Positions 25,964-36,990 of a stretch of 64,000 nucleotides of DNA are shown here, in pieces. The first letter of the stretch is position 1; the number at the start of each line of letters is the position of its first letter. Made by a program: the position numbers and the translations under genes. Origin of the DNA: Selaginella moellendorffii (taxonomy: Eukaryota; Plantae; Lycopodiophyta); the NCBI RefSeq assembly GCF_000143415.4, contig NW_003314275.1:873955-937954 (forward strand). Reading direction: 5' to 3'. Below the pieces are notes generated by a model. It did no database searches, was not told where the DNA came from, and saw only the letters and a list, made by a program, of their open reading frames with translations.

Positions 25964-26005
<42 letters not shown>
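25943..26005. repeat. (CT)n microsatellite
   Basis: ctctctctc... run with a few ccctct units. Confidence 0.9.
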
Positions 26006-26008
<3 letters not shown>

Positions 26009-26647
26009 TTTCAAGGGGGGATCTTTTCCAAGCGCGAAAGTGATTTGCGTTTGCATGGCAACGATGCAAACGCGAAAAAGGAGCTCGCTGTCTACGTATG
26101 TGTATCCAATTCAATCACATTTACGCGATCGGAGCTCTACGTCATCGTCGTCATGTCCAAACGCTCCCTTTCCAGCCTCTGCCAAAGAAACTAATTAATA
26201 AAGAGGGAGAAGGAAAAAGGAGTCTCTAAACCTCTTCTTTGTAGCAGCTTTGGTAGAATGAATATAAGCGTTCGCTCGTTTGCCTCTCTCTTGCCTCTCT
26301 AATCTAATCTCCATCGATCATCTCGCTCCCTCTCCCAAACCCCAAAACCCAAAAGAAGAAAGAAGAAGAAGAGAAGAAAAAAAAAAATGTAGGAATCGCC
26401 TCGCCCGCCAGTGTTGTAAGAAAAAAAAGAAAAGTAGCTCCAGACATCCACAGTCCATCCAGAGAGAGAGCCCTTCCTTCCACTTCCCACCACCACCACC
26501 ACCTCAGTTCTCCTCGTTCCACTCAAAGCGCTTCGCCACCCACTGTTTCACCAATCTCCAAGCTGTCTGTGATGGACTTTTAAAGGCACTTGCCTCTTCT
26601 TCCTCCTCCTCCCTGTTTTTCTATCCATTTCTTCGCTTTCTCATCCT

Positions 26648-26695
26648 CTGGCCTGGCCTGGCCTGGCCTGGGCTTGGCTGGGCTGGACTGGACTG
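26648..26695. repeat. Degenerate (GGCCT/GGGCT/GGACT)n pentamer repeat
   Basis: ctggcctggcctggcctggcctgggcttggctgggctggactggactg. Confidence 0.8.
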
Positions 26696-28108
26696 CTTCC
26701 GTGGTAGAGGCCTCTCATCTCCTCCAAGCACAAGAAAGCCTGCGCACTGCTTCTCTCTGCGTATGTGTGTGTTGTTGCACGTGGTACACTGCCGCTGAGC
26801 CCGTGCACGGTGCGTTTGCTGCTGCTTAGTAGTAAGTGAAACGAGAGAGAGAGAGAGGAAGAGGCCCACCTTTTCTCTCTCGCCTTCTCTTGGACTTTGT
26901 GTGTCCCTCCTCCTGCTCTTTCTTGTAAGAAAGTACCAAAGTGAAGTGATGATGAAGTGATGATCCTTCCATCACCTCTCCTGTGTATATACTTTTTTGC
27001 CTTCCCCTCTGTGACCGCTTCGCCTCTCCCGAGAGGCGGCTTTTATAAACCGATTCCGAATGGGGGAAGCTGTGAATGAAGAAACGGCGACAAATTGCGA
27101 GAATTAGCCCCCTTCTCTCTCTCGAGGACGCAAGAAAATGAAGACGAGGCGTACCTACGGTGTGGTCTCTTTCACGTTCAATCTCGCCATGTCCGTAGAC
27201 CCAAAGTGGAAGTGTTATGTAGTGAGTGTGAATTGTTTGTATGCTTTGGATCAAAAAAGCTGCCTTCTGCGCTTGCCTGTGAGTCACTGCGCTTGCTGCT
27301 GCTGCTGCTGCTACACTGAGCTCTCACTTGTGGAGTATCGGAACGATGGGCAATAGAGATCTCCGGTGGTAGCTTTTGGCTTGCTGCTGCGAGCTGAGAC
27401 GAGAGCCCAAGAGAGAAGCTCTCCCTTTCCATCTCTGTTGTCAACTGATCAAACGCCATCCTCATCAACTTTCGATGCCGTGCGCTTAAAAGTTTGCCTT
27501 GTTCCACACCGCTCCCTCGTACAAAATGCCCCCAACTCCCCTTCCGGCCAAAACGATGCACCAACTGGATAAACACCCGACCCCGACCCCTGTGCGAAGG
27601 CACGGCCCTGGATCCCGAAGTGAATGGCTTGCCTCCAACCTGACTCAAAACAAAAGCCGGGACCCCCCTCCCCAGTTCCTGAGCAGCAGCATGTATCTCT
27701 CTCCTAGTGATAAAAGCCTGCAACACAAACAGCATTCAAGAAGTCATTTTTTCCTCGATCAAGTACCAAGTTTTTCTGGTGCACTAGAAAACTAGACATT
27801 TAGGACAATCATGTTGGGGAGACAGTACCCATGGATACTGCAGGATGCTGCTGCGGCGGAGGAGGAAATATAAGCCACTCCTCAAGGAAAAGCAAAGCCG
27901 CACAGCACCAAAACAAAAAAACGTCGCCCAGAAAACAAGCAAAACTGATCATCTGGAAGACTGGAACACCAACACCGAAACACAACGACCAAGCCAACCA
28001 AACCGATTCCCCAAACAACAAATTTCACAAGAAAAAAAAAAAAAAGAAAAAAAGAAAAAAAGGAAAAACGAGAAGAAACCAAAAAAATGCAGCATACCAA
28101 AATCAAGA

Positions 28109-28855
28109 TCATGAATGCCCGACGACACTACCTCCGCCGCTGCTGCCGCCGCCGCTGGCTCCGCTCTCGCTCCCCGACCCGCGCGTGGACGACGCCGCAA
28201 ACGGCCCCAGCGGGCTCAATCCCAGCACCGCCAGCCCCGCCTCATACGACCCCCCACCGATTCTCGCGATGTCCATCACTTGCTCCCGCGTCAGGTGCTG
28301 CTCCCTCGCGATCTCCAGCAGCTGGTCCCTCGTGAACATCTGCTGCTCGTGCTGCTGCTGCTGCCCAATTCCCAGATGGGCCGCCCCGGCCTGCGGTGGA
28401 TGAGCTTGCGGCGATTGCTGGTGTTGTTGCTGGTGCGGATGTGGGTGTTGTGGATGTGGATGTTGATGCTGCTGCTGCGCCGCCGCCGCCGCCACGGCCA
28501 CCATCGGCACTGATGCGCTTGTGTACCTCGCGAGATCCTGCTGGGCGATGGCCAGCTCGTGCTGCAAGCGCGCTACTTGGCGCTGGAGCATGGAGATTGC
28601 GCCGACGCAGCCGTAGACGGGATCCTTGACGCGGGCGTCGGCCTCGTAGGCGAGCGAGTTGACCGCGTCCTCGCGCTGGTGTGGGGGGAGCTCGTTGAGC
28701 AGCTTGGTGATGTTGCTGGCTCCAAAGATCTTGTGCACGTTTGCGAACTTGTGGGGCTGGTCCGGCGGGAAGTACGGCGCGAAGACGCACTCGGGCGTAC
28801 ACTTTCGCCGCAGGAACTTGCAGGCGGCACACGGGGAGCTCGAGGACGATGCCAT
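28109..28855 (-). CDS. LBD: Class IA LOB-domain transcription factor (AS2/LOB-like), 248 aa
   Basis: CAACKFLRRKC...C, GAS block (KIFGASN...DPVYGCVG), leucine zipper and a Q/H-rich C-terminus. First ATG at 28855. Confidence 0.95.
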   Translation of the reverse strand: MASSSSSPCAACKFLRRKCTPECVFAPYFPPDQPHKFANVHKIFGASNITKLLNELPPHQREDAVNSLAYEADARVKDPVYGCVGAISMLQRQVARLQHELAIAQQDLARYTSASVPMVAVAAAAAQQQHQHPHPQHPHPHQQQHQQSPQAHPPQAGAAHLGIGQQQQHEQQMFTRDQLLEIAREQHLTREQVMDIARIGGGSYEAGLAVLGLSPLGPFAASSTRGSGSESGASGGGSSGGGSVVGHS

Positions 28856-30054
28856 GGCGGTGGTGGATGGCGACGAAGATGAAGCGCTGCTTGATCTTCT
28901 CCTGCTGCTACCACCGCGGCCAGCCACCTTGGATCGGAATTTAAGACTCTTCCCGAGCGCGCCCTCCAATCCTCGTCTGGCACCTGATCACATCGCGGAT
29001 CTCCTGGGCCTCCTAGTCTTCGTCTTGGTGACCATGGAGCCGATGATCTCGAAGGATAAAAAAATGATATATCCGGTGCTGTGTGGGAGCTGCTCGAGGC
29101 GAGGCGACGAAGGAAACACCAGTGGTTGACGATCGATTCTCTTGTTTTGTAGCGTCGATGGCTGCTGGCTGGCGTTGCTCACCGCGGCGACGGATCTGAT
29201 TGACGAGGAGGAGAAAAAAAAACTGGCGGAAGTGGCACTGTGGTGGCTCGGGAACAACGAAAGCGGTCCCTCTCGTCTGGATTGGGATTGGAGATCCGTC
29301 CTGCCGATGGCCGAAGCTTCACAAACCTAAAATATTCCAAGTCTGCGTTGAATGCCACCAGCAGCCAGCACGCAACCACATGTGAGCCGGCCACAAAGAA
29401 GAAATACTTTTTTCTCCTCTTTTTCTTCCTCCTCGCCTCCTCCCCTTCCGTGATCTTCTTGCAAGAACGATCCGCAACAAGGCGCGCCTCACGAGAGATT
29501 TCGCCGACAAAGCAAGCAGCAGCACCTGTGAAGGCCGCCCGGTAACCACCGCGCCGGCGCGGCACAGCGCCTTCTTGGACGATAATCCGGCCGACAGCGC
29601 CGAAATTCTCCGCGCGGCAATGCAGCCTGGCCAAGATCCGCGACCACGGCCACGGCCGACGCCTGCCCGGGCGAATTCTCGACCAAATGCCGCTGGGATT
29701 CGCCTCACAGCACCCGAATTCTCTCCGGCAGTGCCGCAATCCCGCCGCGGCTCCACGAATCGCGAGCATACTGCTGCCGGAGCTGCCGCATATCGATCGA
29801 TCCGGATGGAGGATCCGGAAAATATCCCTAATCACGCAAGAGCTCGGCCGCGCAAAGATGAGACGATCGATCACGCAAAGAGAAGGAGAGAGCGCCCCAA
29901 GACGCGCAAAGCAGCACAAAGAGGGCAAAATGGGAAAAGAGAGAGAGAAGAGAGATGAGAGCGGAGAGAGGGAGAGAGGGGAAAACCTAGGTTGGTGGTG
30001 GGTGGGAAAAAAAAGGGCCTTCCTTCCAGGAGGGTTTATCACCTCTTTAAGAGG

Positions 30055-30500
30055 GTTTAAGCCGACAGCCAGTGACCGCCCGACGCGTGTCCAGGACCCC
30101 ACGTGGAAGTTACGTTACGCAAGCGGTCACGCCGACGTCAGCGGTTCCTGCCAGCGTGGCAGCGCCACCCCGACAGCTGGCGTACCGCCGGTGGCACCAC
30201 GTGGAAGATCTCTGCTCATGGTCAGCATCGCTTAAAGAAGCTTCTTTGCGCCACAAAAAAGAGGCGGCCTTGTTCTTGTGCTATGTGACCGTGACGTGGC
30301 CGCGAAAGTCCATGCTGCGTCAGTGAGGCCATATGTCAGTTTTCCGGCCGCGGGGCGGTGACGGGCGCCCGTCACGGCGGATATTCCATATTCCAGTGGC
30401 ATCCGGGGTCTCCATCGATCGATCCATGGGCGGAACTAGATTTCCATTTGGCCGCTAGCAGCAGTAACACTCACCACTACGTGACGAGCCCGCGAATAAC
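30055..30500. promoter_or_regulatory. ACGT/G-box-rich upstream region of the LBD gene
   Basis: ACGCGTGTC at 30083, CCACGTGG at 30099 and ~30197, GACGTCA at ~30134, GACGTGGC at ~30293, GCCGAC at 30061 and 30131. Confidence 0.5.
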
Positions 30501-32232
30501 AGAACGAATATGCGGGTTTACGCTAGGGTTTAGCGGGGGGGTTTGAATGGTCAACTTTGTCTTGGAGAGACATTGAATCGAGCAGCATTCGCTCCATCTA
30601 TTGACAAGCCCCCCGTACGGATTAGGGCTTAAGGTGATATGCCAATCAAGAAATACGGCGGATCTCTTGGCTGGCATGTCATTCTTGTGTTCTTCAACGA
30701 TGGCATTGGCGGGCAATATGGAAAACGAGTGAAACAAATGAAGGGATGGACACCAGCGAGTGAGAGAGTGAGAGAGATTATACGTTCAAAGTTTAAAGAA
30801 GCGCCAGCAAGGCAGGACCCTAAAATCGAGCTGACGTGGCAGGTCGCGAGTCGCTTGCGGCATTTGTGTGTGCCTTGTCGGCGGCTGTGCCGGCTTTGTT
30901 TCCACAGTTTTTTAGTTTTAATTTTTTATTTTTATTAATTTTTTTTGAGCTTTATGTTTACAGCTTTCTTGAATTTTTTCTATAAATCAAAAAAGAAAAT
31001 GGAAAGAAAAACCAGCAAATATTTAAGACATAGAAGACTTTGAGAGCGTTGTCTCTGTCCAATTCATACAACTTGTACTTTAACCTATCGATCGATTGCG
31101 CAGATAGACACCGAGATCCCCGACTTCCAAGGGTATATAACTGCTATGGTTTCGGCAGACAAATAATTCCCGGCTTTTCCGTCCAACTCCAGATTGTAAC
31201 TGGGAGCTGGAGGCTCTGGCGCTCGAATTGATTGAGTGAATTGGATGTAAGTAATGTCGCCAGCGACTCGCTCGCTTGTGAGAGTTCTTCCTCGACCAAA
31301 AAAGGAGATTTGGAGATGGGGTATGTTCCGTTTTATAGCAGGAATCTTTTCTTCTGTTAGATAAGCAAACAAACGAGGAGATCGTTTTCGGTTTTCCAGC
31401 CATCGAGGTACGGGAAGAACATTCTCTAACTGGAGAACCGTGCGAAAGCGATGGGATATTCCTCCCTTCCTGTGTCGATTGTCTGTCCATACATAAAAAA
31501 ACTCCAAGCGCTAGAATGTCTATTTTGCATTCTCGGGGCTTTTCGGAGGTTTGATTGCTTTGAGGCATACTATGGTAGGCTATTCTATTTCCTTAAAACA
31601 TGTTAAAGTTCCAAATTTTAAGCATTTTAATTCACTTTATTTCATTTTTATTACTCTTTACAAAAGTTTACAATTTTTTCGCTAGCCCGAGCAAATAATT
31701 TTTACATGTTTTGTGACATCGGAACAGTAGTACACCGAGAGTCGGGAATCAAATGATCCAGGACAGTATTTCTGGATTTTTGGTAAAAAAATAATGGAGA
31801 ATTAGAAAAATAAATATATATTTTTCCAAGTTTATACTTCGAGCTTGAAATTCCTATTTGAGAATTGTGCGCGTACTGTCGAAAACATTCCAACCGTATG
31901 AAAGTGTACATATTTGGAATTCTCACTTTTAACCCTTGTCCAAGAAATAATATAAAAAACGGAATGATGTGGCAAATTCTGGGCCGCGCGATTCAAATCC
32001 TCTGACGGCCGGATGGCGACGGGCAATTAAATGGGGGAAGGTGGAATCACTACTGGGTGGAGCGCAACACCAGCGAAAGAGAGCAAAGAGGGAATGAGAG
32101 AGGAAGATTCTCTCGCCTTGGTGCGTGACCTAGGTCTTAGCCCGGCTATGGCGCCGCGACGAGGAGGTGGGCGACGGACGGCGCCTTGAGAATGTGAGCA
32201 TTCTTTCGGAGATTTCGATCCGGGAGCTCGCA

Positions 32233-34211
32233 ATGGCGGCACGGATCCTTGCCATCGTCTTGCTCTGTAAGTCTTGCCGAATTTCGGGCGGTAATCCACC
32301 AGCATTGCGAGCGCTTGCTCATCTAGTGCTTGGCCGTGGCCAGGGCTTGTAGGTTTTGGAGATCTCAAGGCCGAGGAGGCGCTACCAGCATTCGATGGGA
32401 ATCTGTCGATTCCCGCGGTTGTAGGCGCGCAGCCGCCCTTCTTCCTGCCTGTGTCGCCGAGCGCGCCTGGAGCGATCCCCATTGTCTCGCCATCGCCTAT
32501 GATTCCAGTTCTGCCCAATCCATCCTCGCCAAAGCTATCAGGTAAGTGTGCCTCTCTTTTCCTTTCGCATAAGCATACAATGCTTGTTGTCTTCCATGCT
32601 AGAGTGTAAGTTGGATTTCTTTGAATTTGCCTCGTTCAGTGTGTCTGCATGGATATTATACTTCTTTGCTTGCGTCTCAGTCTCATTCAAATGCTGGCTT
32701 GAGTGTTCTCCAAGTTGGTGTTTGTCTCCTTTTTGTTGTTTTCGACTAATCGAACTAAATAATGTTTTCTTCTTGTCTAGGACACTGTAAGCTCAACTTC
32801 TCGGCTCTAACTCCAGCAATCGATCGAACAGCACAAGATTGTCTCGCTCCCTTGGCATTGTACGTGGGCGAGGTTATCTGCTGCCCACAGTTGCAGACAC
32901 TCTTTCGTCTAGCTCAAGGGCATCACATTAACACGTCCGGTCGGCTCACTTTCAATCGTACTGAAGCAAGCTACTGTTTCTCCGACATTAGCAGCCTGCT
33001 GGTGAGCAAAGGAGCCAACACCACCGTATCGGAGATATGTTCCATGGAGCCGAAAAGCTTGACAGGAGGGCAGTGTCCGGTGTACGAGACAAAGGAGCTC
33101 TACAGGCTTGTCAACACTTCTAGGCTTCTCCCGGCCTGCAAAGGAGTGGACCCCCTGAAAGAATGCTGCAAGCCGGTTTGCCAGCCAGCGCTCGAAGAGG
33201 CCGCGTTACAGCTCGCCTCGAATGGCTCATTTGGATTCGTGAAACAGAGCGGACTTGTTCCAGCCTCGGCGGATGATCAAGTGTTGGAAGACTGCAAGGA
33301 CGTTGTTCTTGCTTGGGTCGCTGGTCAGCTCAATCTAACCGAGTCTAACACGGCACTCCGGAATCTATTCAGCTGTAAGGTTAACAAAGGTGAGACTGAT
33401 TCTTTCTATTCTGGATAGAAGTTTTCCTAAGCTTTTGTTCTTTTCAGCGTGTCCTTTGGTTTTTAGCGACGTATCTGCAGTAGTCGATGATTGCCATGGA
33501 CTCTCGCCATCCAACGTTACCTGTTGCAGCTCGCTGCACAGATACATCTCCGAAATGCAGCAGCAGAAGCTGATCACGAACTTGCAAGCGCTAGAGTGTG
33601 TGAGTTTACTCGGCTCGATGCTGCAAAAGCGGGGTGTTACAAGCAATATTTACGATCTATGCGGCATCTATCTCAAAGATTTCAGCCTTCAAGGTACCGC
33701 AAGCTTCTCCTTTGTGTTTCGCTTGGCATCTAAAACAAAGGTTTTGTTCTTCTCTTGTAGGTGCTGGAGATCAAGGTTTGTGTTTGATGCTCACTAGCTT
33801 TGTGCTGCTGGTCTTAAAAGTGTTGTGTTTTTGTAGGGTGCTTGCTAAATAGCTTGCCGTCTGATGTGATGATCACGAGTAGCTCCGGCATCACCTTCAC
33901 TTGCGACTTGAATGACAACATCGCTGCTCCATGGATGCCAATGTCTTCGAGTTCCCTGTGCTCTGGAGGAAGTAAGCCACTTCCCTTTTACTACTCAAAG
34001 CTCATCCCTCTTGTTTCTACAGGGCCAAACATTTCCTTCCCAAAAATCCCACAATCCGCGGCTCCCCTCACGTCTGGTACGACTGATCTGTTCTTTTGAT
34101 TCTCGTTTCATTTCTCAAAACGTTTCAGGAACTAACTTCGCAAGAGCCAGCTCGATCACTGCGTTTGTAGCTCCGCTCCTGATCCTGGTGATACTATCAA
34201 CTTCGATTTGA
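32233..34211 (+). CDS. SPARK-domain GPI-anchored protein (At1g61900-like), about 8 exons
   Basis: Signal peptide, Pro-rich stretch, two Cys-rich domains (CKLNFS...TAQDCLAPLALYVGEVICCPQ; CCSSLHRYI...ITNLQALEC; GITFTCDLNDNIAAPW) and a hydrophobic C-terminus. Confidence 0.88.
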
Positions 34212-34397
34212 CACAACTAGCGCGAAAGTTCTTCCAGTCGATAGAATACATATTCAAGGCTTTCGAGTGTAAGGGAGTTCCTCTTTTTCTTCCTCGGTCT
34301 AAGGTTTTATGATATTTCAGAGTATATAAAAAAGAACTTAGCTTCTCTCGATTTTCCAGACTTATTGCGGTGAAAAATAAATCTCCCAAGTTTCTCC

Positions 34398-34926
34398 TCA
34401 GTTCTTCACTGTTGTCACGTACTTGATCAAGAGAGAAGTGATCTACACAAAAAACGAAACGCTCGATCAAAACTCCAATCGCAAAGATATGCAAAATCAC
34501 CTCTTGAGACACTCTGGATGCCTCCGACGAGAGCGTTTTTATCTTGTGCGTGGTGTCGGCTTCCAGCTTCTTGGCAGTGGATCCAGAGTCGCCGCTGCTC
34601 TGCTCGATCAAATCCACTGGAAAAATTAATTGGAGGAATCGAGACAAGGAAACTCTCACCTCTGCGAGTTTCTTCCGGTACTCGCTCTCTCGCTGAGCTC
34701 TGTAAGCCGCGACTTCTCTGTCGGCTTCCTCCTTGGCCTGGCGCAAGCGGGCCATCTTGGCTGCGATCCCACCAAAGAGAAGAAATCATTGAAATTGGAT
34801 CGAGCAGCGATTGGATTCGGCCGCGAATCGCAAAGAGAACTTACCGCTCCTGGCATTGGCGACGATGCTCTGCGCCTCCTGTTCCGCCGCCAGCAGCTGC
34901 TGGATCCCTCCCTGCGACTTATCCAT
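34398..34926 (-). CDS. VHA-G: V-type H+-ATPase subunit G, 4 exons
   Basis: MDKSQGGIQQLLAAEQEAQSIVANAR / KMARLRQAKEEADREV / SSGDSGS / ITSLLIKYVTTVKN*. Confidence 0.95.
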
Positions 34927-35879
34927 CTCCCCTTTGCGGAAGAACCCTAAAAAAGATACCGATCGAATATAATACAAGCCTCGTATATATTCTAAAATTT
35001 GTCTGGAACCCTAGCCTATTGGAAAACATTGCGCTTTCCCCTCTAAAATTCTTATATTTGGAGAGTATATTTTCCATGAGACAGGCAAAAAACTATTGGG
35101 CTTGGGCACATTGCAAAAGGCCAAAGACAATCGAGTCTGTCTTCATGATTGAAGTTTCAAGGTCTTATATGCTATTAAGAAGATCAAGTGGTGTTGTTGG
35201 AGAAACCTGTCTACATCCTCCTTTTTGCCAGTGAAATGGGTGATTATAATATATCATGCTGTACTATCTTGTACCATTTTATACTGTATTATATGAACTT
35301 TCTCTTGTGCTCATTAGCTGGATTTTAATGTGTATTGTTTGTATGATCTTAACTTAATGTTATCCTTTGAGTTAGTAAGATCTATAGATGGTAACCAAAA
35401 GTTTTTATTATATTACCATGGGTAAAACATAAGCCTCCCTAAATTTGCTACTAGTGGATCCTTCCTAGACATAATTATGGCTGTAACAATACTAATTGTA
35501 GAAGGAGGTAAGAATATTGGGTATGAAAACTATATACATTTTTATTTTTTTTAAAAGTGTTTTAGTATACAAAACTTATATAGAACATAGTTTTATTTAT
35601 TATACATAAGTTAGTACAATATTATAAATCCCTGCTTCAGCTATATAATCAATGTTGGTGAACAGTTGGCCTTTTAGGAATGACAATTTGGGGCAAGAAG
35701 TGCTATCGTGTCTTTAGGAATCCATAAATTAGTTTAGATTCATTTAAAATAATTTAATATTATTTACTTAAATCCCTTTATTAATATTAATTATAATTAG
35801 TAAAGATTCTAAGTATTAGTAAAATGAAAAATAAACAAATTAATATTAATATTAAATCCATCAATCCAGAGTGTACTCA

Positions 35880-36990
35880 GTCACTCGAGCTGCTCAGTCA
35901 GCATCCTGCTCGAGCTTGCAGTTTCCCAGCAATGCACTCCACGCCCGTGGCCTTTTCAAGAGGTGGCACTACCATGCTATGGACAAACTACTGCTGCCCG
36001 GTCCTCTCTAGCATGTCTGCAACGCAGTTGAAGTGGTCTTTGGCCGGAGCTACGCCAAAATCACTTATCGGGGCATGCAATGTGTGGCAAGAAGCATCCC
36101 GACGTAGCTGCACGCCGCCATGACGCTCTTAAACGATGCCTCATCAGGCATCACGCCGCAGAGAAGCATCTCGTGGTAAGCTCTGAACGGGCATAAGCTT
36201 GGATCATAGCATTCCATGAAACGATGTTCCTCTTTGGGAGAGATTCAAACAAGCACCATGCAAATGACCATTCAGAACATTTGCTGCTATCAGTGCGTTC
36301 CAGGCAACCACGTCGCGGCATGGCATCGTGTTAAGATTTTCCATGGCGGGCTCGAGATAGCCTCCCTGACCATGCACATCGATCATGGAGGTTTATGTGA
36401 CAATGCTACGCTTCGGCATGGAAAGAAAGAGCTCCGTAGCGTGATCCAGGTGGCCGTTTTGGTTACATCGCTCGAAACAAGGAGATAAAGTCCCAGGCGG
36501 GAAGGCCAAGTTAAGTAGAATCATAGAGTTCCAAGCCCCAACGGGCATTTTGTCAAAGCAACACTTCATGCCCATACTGGGCATAGATAAGCTGCCAGCA
36601 TAGCGCTCCATCACAGGGCATTGTAAGAAAGACTCTAGTTGCCTCCGCTACTTTTCTTTGCTGCGCATAATACGTTGCAATGCTCCAGAAAGGGATCTTG
36701 TCAAACACGTACTTCATTTCTTTTGGATGTCCATTCTGGGCAGTCGCTTGAATGCCTCGTTGCTAGTTGGCATCAAATGGAAGTAGAATGGAACGGCATC
36801 AAGATCACCAACTTGGGCACACTCCGTGACGAGGTAGCTCAAACAGACAACGCTCCACCATGAGTAGCCGAGCGTCTTGCAAGTGCCGGTGCTGGCATAT
36901 GCGGTAGTAATGTTGTTCCAGGGCACGGCGTCTCTGCACGGCATGGCGTGGAGCACCTTCATTGGGCCATTGCGAAAGAAAGATGTTCTA
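35880..36990 (-). pseudogene. PLS-class PPR pseudogene
   Basis: Broken motifs: AMPCRDAVPWN, FDKMP..AWNSMI, QNGHLDHATELFLSMPKRSIV, MPCRDVVAWNALIAA, DFGVAPAKDHFNCVADML. Many stops and frameshifts. Confidence 0.8.

Noticed and set aside
29179-30235. ORFs of 307 aa (-) and 182 aa (+) upstream of LBD
   Set aside because: Low-complexity translation of a GC-rich leader/promoter with non-ATG or weak starts.
30955-30980. ttacagctttcttgaatt resembling miR396
   Set aside because: Mismatched to the mature sequence and no complementary star arm nearby.
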